DNA of 64,000 nt from Candidatus Velthaea sp. (lineage in GTDB: Bacteria; Vulcanimicrobiota; Vulcanimicrobiia; Vulcanimicrobiales; Vulcanimicrobiaceae), in NCBI GenBank assembly GCA_965214935.1, contig CBDCCS010000018.1, positions 32,001-96,000 of the forward strand, in the 5' to 3' direction. The notes beneath the pieces are model-generated. The model was not told the origin of the DNA. It saw nothing but the letters and a program-made list of their open reading frames with translations, and did no database searches. Shown here in pieces: positions 29,489 to 37,369 of this stretch. Position numbers and translations under genes: made by a program. Each line of letters opens with the position of its first letter. Positions within the stretch are counted from its first letter, which is position 1.

Positions 29489-30704
29489 TGAGGTTGCCCC
29501 GTCGGGTATCCAGCTCATAGCCAGAGAGAGATCGTTGAGGTGAGCTGGCTTTTTGCGAACTCGTTCGGCGTTAGATTGCCGAGCGATGTGTGCGGTCTAG
29601 CGGCGTTGTAATCGACGCGCCATTGTTCGATGATCTGTCGAGCTTCGGCTAGTGACCGGAAAACATTGTCGTTGAGGCATTCATCTCTGAATCGACCGTT
29701 GAAGCTTTCGATGAATGCGTTCTGCGTCGGTTTACCGGGCTCGATGTAGTGCAATTGTACACGAGTTCGCTTTGCAAAATCAAGCATCGCGTTACTCGTT
29801 AGTTCTGTGCCGTTGTCCATCACGAGTGTTGTGGGATATTCACCGCGCTCATTCGCAATTCGATGCAGAACGCGTGCAACACGAGAACCACAAAGCGATG
29901 TATCAACCTCGATCGCAAGCGCTTCACGCGTGAAGTCGTCGACGATGTTAAGAGCTCGAATGCGTCGGCCGTTCTGCAAGGTGTCATGAACGAAGTCGAG
30001 CGACCACCTTTCATTAACCCGTGTAACCATCGGCGCGGGCTCGCCGCGGCCGAGAGCAACGCGGCGCTTAAGCCGCTTGCGTACTTGAAGCTTCGCCGCT
30101 GCGTAAAGCCGGTAGATGCGTTTGTGATTGGCGATAATTCCCTCGCGCCGCAAGAGTACGCCAAGTCGCCGATATCCAAAGCGCCGGCGTTGCATCGCAA
30201 TGTCGTGTAGTCGCTCAAGAATCTTTGGATCTTCACTTCGGATCACCAACTTGCGCCGGTATGTCCGCCGATTGCAGCTTACGACTATGCAGGCTTTGCG
30301 TTCGCTCAGCCCGATTGTTTCTATCACCGCCCGCGCAGCTCGTCGCCGCTCCGCGGGCGTTAGAAGTTTCCCGAGGCGATCAGTTTTAGCGCGTCGATCT
30401 CGAGCGCAGAATCGGCCAGCAATCTTTTTAGTCGACGATTCTCGTCCTCAAGCGATCGCATCTTGGCGACGTCGCTAACCTCCATGCCGCCAAACTTCGA
30501 CTTCCAAGCGTAAAACGTCGCCGAGCTGATGCCATGCTTGCGACACAGTTCAGCCGTTTTTGCGCCGGCCTCGGACTCTTTGAGGATGCCTACAATCTGT
30601 TCTTCGGTAAAGCGCGATTTCTTCACGGAAGGAGACTCCCTATCGGGCGATTTCGCCCCGGAATTCTCCGGTTATGGGCGGGATACTTTCAAGGGGCGGC
30701 GTCA
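29489..30704 (-). mobile_element. IS3-family insertion sequence (IS407-group-like), 1216 bp
   Basis: TG..CA ends with imperfect IRs TGAGGTTGCCCC..GTATCCAGCTCATA and TGACGCCGCCCC..GTATCCCGCCCATA; 4-bp TSD GTTG at 29485-29488 and 30705-30708. Confidence 0.92.
29515..30626 (-). CDS. IS3 transposase OrfA (30360-30626) and OrfB, joined by -1 frameshift
   Basis: Orf[16 protein letters not shown]..; Orf[21 protein letters not shown]; slippery GGGAAAC at 30366-30372 followed by a GC hairpin. Confidence 0.92.
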
Positions 30705-31342
30705 GTTGCACTAAGCTTCTTCGTTTGTTTTTTACGACCGAGTTGAGCAAGATAGCATCTTCAGCTGGCGTCCACGACGGCATTTTTAAATCGCCCCGCT
30801 TTAGACGGGATATCTTCAGAGAGATAGCAGAAACTGAGCGTTTGAGATGCGTCGCGAGTTCTATATGCGAAAGGCGATCAGCGTTCTCGGTCAAAAAGGC
30901 TAAGTCTTCCGTTAACCAAGGTCGGCTGCGCATGGAAATCAAATCTACTTACTGACTAGCGCCTTGCCCTTTCGATCTTACTCATCCGCTCAATAAACCG
31001 TTTACTTCAGCAATCTGCAAGACTCGCCCGACCGAATCTGGTGAAGCTGCAGGCTAAGCTCGACCGCGTGGTTAGGCGTAGCCCAATCAGAACCGCTTCC
31101 TCGACTAACAATCGCAATGTGCCCTGCAGGCGAACGAAAGCCAGAATGAGGTAGGCCGACTGTTGAGAGGCGCGTCAGCGTCTGGAGCCCAGGACCTTAG
31201 AGTCATAGGTACGGGCGGCAGAGGACGAGATACAATTCAAGACTCAACACATTAGATGGTACTTTGGGTGTCGTCTCGCCGGCACCCGGTAAGAAAGCAA
31301 TTTACAAAGAAATCCAGCCGAATCTCCTTGAATATCTTGCGC

Positions 31343-32501
31343 GTGGCAAACGAGGCGGATAGAAGCAAGCGTCCGGATTGGACGTTACGCTTAGCGATGT
31401 ATCGAACTTACGGCGGGATATGCTTTTTGGTGTCATCGCGACGTCGCTCTTACCGATATGCAGCTTGATCACATCATTCCAAGGGATCACGCGAAGTCGC
31501 TTGACAAAATCAGAGAGAATTATGGTTTAGAATCCGATTTTGCGATAGAAAGCTATCAGAATCTTGTGCCCGCCCACTCGGGTTGCAATCGCCTGAAAAG
31601 TGTTACCCTGGTAACGCCAAGCCCTGCCGCTCTCTTTACGTTCCAGCAGGTTCGTCAACGTACGATTGATCTACGAAAAAAACTAAGAAAGATAGAGCGC
31701 GACCTCGATAAAGCGGGTGTCACGGATTACTCATTGACTCCTCGCGATGCGCAGATGTTTGCCGCTCGCGATCGCTCTGCAACAAACCTGAGCCGATTAC
31801 CTTATCTCCACGAAAGCAGCACCGGATTTTTCAGCGGAAGATTCACGTTGGCGTTTCCAGGTGTGCGCGGTATCGAGTGGTTTGAGCGCAAGGACGCGAT
31901 AATTAGGCTACAAGCCCTACTTAAGAAACCGTTGATATTCCGACTGCGTAGGCCAGACCGTGGTTGGATTAAGCCGATATGGTGGTGGCGAGATGGCGAA
32001 CTTCAAATCGACAGTTCCGTGCTCCTCAACGATGAGACTCTCCTACTCAACTCTATGGAGCTTGTAATTGATCGAGTCGCTGCGGTTCACTCTCTTTCGT
32101 ACCCTCATCTCTTCGTGTATGTGATAACCAAGCCGTCTGAGCCAACCGGAATCTATGACATACCAATGCTCACAAAAGACACCGAACGATTTGGCTATTC
32201 CTACGAGGAGTTTGCCGTCTTTAGGGGCCGCCACGTGACGCGAGAACACTATGATGACGGTGCGACCGTGATTGATGGTAAGCTCACTCAGTTAAAAGAC
32301 GAAGCCGAACTCCGCGTACGGTACTTGACACCATACAATTTCGTTATAGCGGCACACAATTCGCCAATCAACAATGGCGCGTTCGACCGACGACGTAGAA
32401 AACTCCTAGACGGAATGTTGACAGGCGACTGCAACATCGAAGAACTTGCCACTGAGATTTCTCGACTGGAGCTTAATAGGTTAATGGACTACGAATGCTG
32501 A
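31343..32501 (+). CDS. HNH endonuclease fused to an uncharacterised C-terminal domain (apparent frameshift in T5 at 31424-31428)
   Basis: Corrected N-terminus YGGICFWCHR..MQLDHIIP...NLVPAHSGCNRLKS; C-domain AFPGVRGIEWF..PIWWWR..YDDG..RYLTPYNF. Confidence 0.7.
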
Positions 32502-32892
32502 GTCGTTCCACCAGCTTTTGAAACACGAAGAATCTCGTGTTCCGCCGAAGAGACTAGAGAAGGTCAAAGTCCCGAACGAGTACGGTACGCTAAGACCCCG
32601 ATAACCTCAATGATTCCTCGCTGCTCACAAACTGGATCCCGCGGGGCAACCTCGCCCTAGAATCGCGTCGGCCCTGGTGAGAGCCTTAATGGAAAGCCGG
32701 GTTTCACAAATGTTGTATGCCGGCGAACGTCCCGGCGTAAACGAGAGTCGCCCATCTACTTCGATAAAAGTCAACCGCCCAAGGTGGAGCAGCGGAGGTT
32801 GGCATTTTTGCATCAGGCGATAAGGCCGAAACCGCGGTCTAACCCTCAATACCAGGCTCCCGGAAATATGGTTTTCTGCTATACTGGGTTCA

Positions 32893-33111
32893 ATGAAGGA
32901 GCTGGCCAAGCGATCAGCTAGGGCAACCTTCGACCTCACCCCTGAGGCCAAGCACAAACTTGCAACCATGAAGAATGATTTGCGGCTTATTGGCCTTCGA
33001 GCAACCGAGCGGAGTATTATCTTGGCTCTCATCGGATCAGCGAATATGGAGCAAGTCGCGAAAACGCTCCGGGATGAGCAAGCCCGCTCTGCTACGGCCG
33101 AGGATGCCTAA
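32893..33111 (+). CDS. Small putative DNA-binding protein (RHH-like), leaderless
   Basis: RATFDLTPEAKHKL strand-helix start; TGcTATACT extended -10 (32877-32885) 7 nt before the ATG. Confidence 0.5.
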   Translation: MKELAKRSARATFDLTPEAKHKLATMKNDLRLIGLRATERSIILALIGSANMEQVAKTLRDEQARSATAEDA

Positions 33112-33120
33112 TCCAGGACC

Positions 33121-33594
33121 ATGACCGGACTGAAATCATTTGATAGCGCGTCATTTGGGGTGCAGCTCATGCTCAGCTTTGTCGAGAGAACGCTGATTTT
33201 CAGCGTCAAACCGAAATACGCGGCGGACATAGCCGATGGTCGCAAGACCGTCGAACTCCGCCGGCGCTTCGCGAGCGATGGAGCGATCGGCACCTTCGTT
33301 TTGATCTACTCCTCGGCGCCAGAGAAGACGATCGTTGCGACCGCGGAGATCGCGGACGTTCACAGGCTCCCCATCGACCAGATTTGGAAGCAATACGCAG
33401 ACGACGCGGTAATCGAACGATCCGACTTTGAACGATATTTCAACGGCCTTGCTTGTGGATACGTCATCGTGTTGGACAATATCAGAAAGCTAGAAGAACC
33501 CGTTACCCGCGAAAAGCTCGAGCGCAAATTTGGATTCCGTCCTCCGCAATCTTACGGATATTTCCCCTCAAGCTACAGAGCTCTCGCCGAATAG
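33121..33594 (+). CDS. ASCH-domain protein
   Basis: FSVKPKYAADIADGRKTVELRR, LIYSSAP, FRPPQSYGY. Confidence 0.85.
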   Translation: MTGLKSFDSASFGVQLMLSFVERTLIFSVKPKYAADIADGRKTVELRRRFASDGAIGTFVLIYSSAPEKTIVATAEIADVHRLPIDQIWKQYADDAVIERSDFERYFNGLACGYVIVLDNIRKLEEPVTREKLERKFGFRPPQSYGYFPSSYRALAE

Positions 33595-35106
33595 ATGGAC
33601 ACCGGTCGATCGTTTTTGATCGACACAAACATCCTCTTTCAGCTGGAAGATGATCGGCCCGTAGCTGCCGAGTATGCTGAGATGCAGCGGAGATGTAGTA
33701 CACACGGGGTTTCTCTGTATGTACACGAGGTATCAAAGCTTGATATCGATCGCGATAAAAATGCGAGTCGCAGATCGATTAGCATGTCCAAGCTCAGCAA
33801 GTTCCAGATGCTTTGTGGTGTTGCCGCGTCGTCGCAGGTCGATCTTGACCGAACATTTGGACCGGCTAACGACGAAAACACCAAGGTTGATGTAGCATTA
33901 CTCGATGCGGTCAGGAGAGGCATCGTTGATTTTCTCGTTACGCATGATGAGGGGATTCACCGCCGCGCGCGGCGAGCCGGCATCGAAGATCGCGTCTTCC
34001 GAATTCGTGACGCGATCGATTGGCTGCTGGCGACGTACGAGCCGACCAGCGTTGTACTTCCTTACATTCGCGACGCGCACTGCTTCAATATCGCGCCGCA
34101 CGACCCGATACTCGCAACTCTACGCGAGGATTATCCGGACTTCGACCGTTGGTTCCGAACCGTCCAAAAGCGCCCATGCTGGATTTTGGAGGTAGGAGCG
34201 CAAACCGAAACAGCAGGCGTCCTCATTCGCAAAGACTCGGAGCCACGTCAAGAAACCGATGCAACCTCGCCCGGCGAGCGCATCTTAAAAATTTCAACGT
34301 TTAAGGTAAAGGAAGAGTATCGTGGTGAAAGATTCGGCGAACACCTTCTAAAGCAAGTCCTATGGTACGCGCAGAAAAATCGTTATGAAGTCGTATACGT
34401 TACCGCTTTTGAAGAGAAGCAATCTATTCTACTCGACTTGTTGCTGCAGTTCGGATTCGCGAGGACAAAATACAAGGAAACGGGCGAAGCGGTATACGAA
34501 AAAGTTATGGGGCGCGGGCCTCTAACGCAATTCGGTATACCGCTTGTTCTGGCAAAGGAGCACTACCCTCGGTTTGTTTCGGACACGCGCGTGAACACCT
34601 ACGTTATTCCAATACAGCCTCAATGGCACCGCATTCTGTTCCCTGAAAATGTTCCTCCGGAGAAGCAGATCGGACTGTTTGATGAGTCCCGAGAACGTAC
34701 CCCCGGAAACACAATTCGCAAGGTCTACCTTTGTAGAACGAAAGTGTCTAAGCTAAATCCTGGCGATATCTTACTATTCTACGTTTCAGGAACGGAAAGC
34801 TTCTCGCGCGTTATTCGTTCTGTCGGCGTCGTCGAGAAGATGCAAGAAACAAGAGACATCAACGTGCTATTGCGAATGACCGGGAGACGCAGTGTTTACA
34901 CCGAGGATCAACAGGCAGCGCTCATTGCTGAAAAGGACACACCATTAAAGGTGATCGATTTCATGCTCGCTGGCCACTTGGTAAACCCTCTCCCATTTGC
35001 ATCGTTGCTTGATCAGCAGATTCTCAATGGTTGGCCACAGTCACTCGTGAGGCTCGACTCAAAAGACGTTGATCTCTTAAACCTCCATAAGCAGTTGGGT
35101 TACTAG
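33595..35106 (+). CDS. PIN - GNAT acetyltransferase - PUA/EVE-like fusion protein
   Basis: FLIDTNIL..DFLVTHD (PIN); LKISTFKV..RGERFGEHLLK (GNAT); GNTIRKVYLC..PGDILLFY (PUA/EVE-like). Confidence 0.85.
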   Translation: MDTGRSFLIDTNILFQLEDDRPVAAEYAEMQRRCSTHGVSLYVHEVSKLDIDRDKNASRRSISMSKLSKFQMLCGVAASSQVDLDRTFGPANDENTKVDVALLDAVRRGIVDFLVTHDEGIHRRARRAGIEDRVFRIRDAIDWLLATYEPTSVVLPYIRDAHCFNIAPHDPILATLREDYPDFDRWFRTVQKRPCWILEVGAQTETAGVLIRKDSEPRQETDATSPGERILKISTFKVKEEYRGERFGEHLLKQVLWYAQKNRYEVVYVTAFEEKQSILLDLLLQFGFARTKYKETGEAVYEKVMGRGPLTQFGIPLVLAKEHYPRFVSDTRVNTYVIPIQPQWHRILFPENVPPEKQIGLFDESRERTPGNTIRKVYLCRTKVSKLNPGDILLFYVSGTESFSRVIRSVGVVEKMQETRDINVLLRMTGRRSVYTEDQQAALIAEKDTPLKVIDFMLAGHLVNPLPFASLLDQQILNGWPQSLVRLDSKDVDLLNLHKQLGY

Positions 35107-35107
35107 C

Positions 35108-35671
35108 ATCAATCAGCTTGTAGCCGTATTTGGTGTTTCAGGTGTGGGTAAGACCCGGCTCATTTCCGATTTCACAACCCGACATCCGGATGTACGACGT
35201 ATTTCAGGAGGCGACTTGATCCGGGAGGGCCGTGGAGTAGCCGACGGCGATCGCGATTTGTTAGCCCGTTTGCCCAAGGACGACATCTTAGCGAACCAGG
35301 TTTTCATCACGCTCGGCTCTCAACGCCTTCGCAGCGCCGACTTTCCTGACATGCTGTTCGACGGGCACAGCGTAGTGTCGAACGGGAATGACCTCGTGCG
35401 AATTCCGACTTCGGTCATACGCGAACTCGCGCCAAAGGGGATTATCTTTGTCTCCGACGTTCCTGAAGCCATCGCGGAAAGAAGAGCGATCGACACAGCG
35501 CGCAGCCGCGCAGTAGCCGATTCAGGTCAGCTTGCGCTGGAGCAAACGATTGCATTGGAAACGGTGCGGGGCTACGCAGTCGAACTCGGCCTGCCGCTTA
35601 ACGAAGTCCGGTCGGGGGAATTTTCTAGGTTCGCCGCCGTAGTCGATGGATTCTTCAAGCTGACAATTTGA
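35108..35671 (+). CDS. Adenylate-kinase-like P-loop protein (AAA_17-like); true start unclear
   Basis: In-frame LVAVFGVSGVGKT Walker A begins upstream of the called GTG 35144; MLFDGH; IAERR..D..RSR lid. Confidence 0.75.
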   Translation: MNQLVAVFGVSGVGKTRLISDFTTRHPDVRRISGGDLIREGRGVADGDRDLLARLPKDDILANQVFITLGSQRLRSADFPDMLFDGHSVVSNGNDLVRIPTSVIRELAPKGIIFVSDVPEAIAERRAIDTARSRAVADSGQLALEQTIALETVRGYAVELGLPLNEVRSGEFSRFAAVVDGFFKLTI

Positions 35672-35714
35672 ATACGTGTGTTCAGAAAATACGAGGAGAG
35701 GCAGTAGCGGTGCG

Positions 35715-36523
35715 CTACGCATGTATCGGCGGATGATACGCAAGAAAGATCCCTACGATGGCGAGAACGAAGCCAATTAAGCCAAGAATGAAAGCCCAAG
35801 TTTTGTTCGCAACGAGCCACATCCATGCTCCACGAAGGTTGCCCCCGTGAAGAACCCACCATGACGTATTCGTCACAAGCGTTCCTCGGTAGGCCCGCTC
35901 GGCGAGTGTGTGCAAGATATCGACTTTCCTAAGGGTAGACTGATGTAGAGCGACATACTCTTTGCGTTCAAACGCGCTCGCTTCATCGACGCCCATGAGA
36001 AATCGCTCCATCGTTATTGAATTTTGCGAGCTAGCGTTGCTAACTTTGGATTTTCGATATATCGCGAGCCGTAGATTTGCTGAAACAAAAGAGAAAGGTC
36101 GAGTCGTCTTGTTTCCGGGATAGTCACCGGGGCACCATCAAGTACAGCGTAGCGGTGATCGATTGCGGCAAAACCGTAGTTTGCATCGCGCATGTTCCAA
36201 TGGAGATAGGTTACCTCACCTGCGGATTTCACATATGCGTAAAACTCATCGAGCATCTGCCGCTCCAGCTCGTTGTAGTAAGGCTCGATCTGGTCAAGTG
36301 GAATATGTCTTCGTTCGGCAACACGGTGAATCGAAAACGACTCTGTGTCGCTCGATGCTAAGCGTCGAATTGCTATGGACGTGATTCGAGGAGATCGACC
36401 ATCAACTCGATCGTCAAAACTCTCACAGGAATATTGGATGACGCGCGCTGACGCTGGCGTCGAGAATACCGCCTTAAGAGCGCTACGAGCGTAGCGTTGC
36501 TGATCTGGGTACGGTGCCGGCAC
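35715..36523 (-). CDS. DnaQ/RNase H-like exonuclease-fold protein with C-terminal TM (apparent frameshift near 36022)
   Basis: YSCESF..SPRITSIAI..ERQMLDEF..LHWNMRDANYGF..LDLS; adding one A joins ..RKNSITMERFLMG..STLRKV..TM. Confidence 0.55.
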
Positions 36524-36603
36524 TGCTCAGTAAGCAGCCTTCAACGGCCTCGAGTCGAACAACTTTTCAGCGTGCCGGATTTCGCGGAAGCTTTGGGGCT
36601 AAG

Positions 36604-36633
36604 CAAAAGAGCTTGCGCCTGCAAGCTCTTTTG
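36604..36633 (-). terminator. Island-encoded terminator hairpin downstream of ssrA
   Basis: CAAAAGAGCTTGC-GCCT-GCAAGCTCTTTTG, a 13-bp inverted repeat about 90 nt past the tmRNA 3' end. Confidence 0.7.
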
Positions 36634-36639
36634 GGCTCC

Positions 36640-36713
36640 TATCCCAGCGGAGATTTTGTAGACCATCGGAGATCGTCCGTTGGGATACAAAAACCGTCCG
36701 TTGGGATAGAGCA
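36640..36713. repeat. Right end: four motif copies (two direct, two inverted) including the TIR
   Basis: TATCCCAGCGGAGATTTTG (36640), TAGACCATCGGAGAT (36659), CGTCCGTTGGGATA x2 (36674 and 36695). Confidence 0.8.
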
Positions 36714-36719
36714 ACGAAT

Positions 36720-37193
36720 TGGTGGAGCTGTCGGGGAACTGCCCCCCGAGTCCGAAATCGCAAACCCGAGACATCACAGGCTTCCTGGATTTTGCCTTAC
36801 GGCACGCTCACCAGAATCGCGCTGCCGGTCTTACCGGCCGGGCCCCGTGTATCGCTAGAACCAAAGCGTCAGCGGGCTAACGTCCGCTACTTGTCCCGAT
36901 CGTATGGTCGTCGAGTCACCGCCGGTATGGGAGGCCTTCCGGCAAGCCCGAACCGACCAAGGTCAGTCCGTACCCGTTCTCGTCCGGCTTGCGCCGTTCG
37001 ACCTACGGGGTGGAGGGATCTTGAATGCTAAGCGGCCAGTGCCAGCTCGCGCCCTTGCGGGAACGAGGCTGCCATAATGGCGTTAAAGCGTTCGTTGGTG
37101 TTTGCATTTACATGCTTGCAGTCGTTTTGAGAGGGCCTGCAGCTCTGCCTGTCCTTCCCGACCCTACTGACCCCGTCGAGCCTATTCAGCCCC
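36720..37193 (-). ncRNA. ssrA: tmRNA, one-piece, 474 nt
   Basis: 5' GGGGCUGAAUAGGCUCGAC and 3' CAGCUCCACCA form the Ala acceptor stem with G3-U; tag ORF ends in ..LALAA*. Confidence 0.93.
37028..37105 (-). other. tmRNA proteolysis tag ANTNERFNAIMAASFPQGRELALAA*
   Basis: Resume codon GCA after UAAAU; AN start and LALAA end. Confidence 0.85.
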
Positions 37194-37271
37194 AAAGAAT
37201 CTACCTTGGACCACGCTGCGGGCGTGGCTGACCTCGGTGGATCGGCACGAGTCGCTAAACTCGCGCCCCTT

Positions 37272-37300
37272 AGTATACCCGCTTTCGCCCAAGATGGAAA
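37272..37300 (-). promoter_or_regulatory. Putative ssrA promoter
   Basis: Minus strand TTTCCA-N17-TATACT about 80 nt upstream of the mature 5' end. Confidence 0.5.
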
Positions 37301-37369
37301 GCCCTGCGGCCGCCCGGCCGATCGCAACGCTCGACGGCCGGCGGCAGCAGCACCCGGACGGTCTTGCCC

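Larger units (their letters stand above)
28715..30933 (-). pseudogene. Myb/SANT-like repeat plus LAGLIDADG endonuclease gene interrupted by an IS3-family element
   Basis: YWAGLLAADA and FLVGFIDGDG motifs; removing the IS and one GTTG copy fuses ..RSLVQ|LHQLLPHRT.. in frame; N-terminus has two W..ED..L repeats. Confidence 0.8.
13081..36713. mobile_element. ~23.6 kb transposon-like genomic island inserted at the tmRNA 3' end
   Basis: TIRs CGCTATATCCCATCGGA and revcomp TGCTCTATCCCAACGGA (14/17 identical), subterminal repeat arrays, flanking 8-9 bp direct repeat, visibly lower GC, internal DDE transposase, defence-like cargo. Confidence 0.8.

Noticed and set aside
28715..29518. Group I intron or intein hosting the LAGLIDADG ORF
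   Set aside because: No interrupted host gene, intein splice residues or recognisable intron core; the ORF's true N-terminus lies across the IS.
13081..36713. Prophage, ICE or Tn7/CAST interpretation of the island
   Set aside because: No recognisable phage structural, conjugation, integrase, TnsABC/TniQ or Cas genes; the ends lack TGT..ACA and the flanking repeat is 8-9 bp, not 5 bp.
36720..36760. tRNA gene ending in CCA
   Set aside because: The pairing 5' acceptor strand is about 470 nt away with a tag ORF in between, so this is tmRNA.
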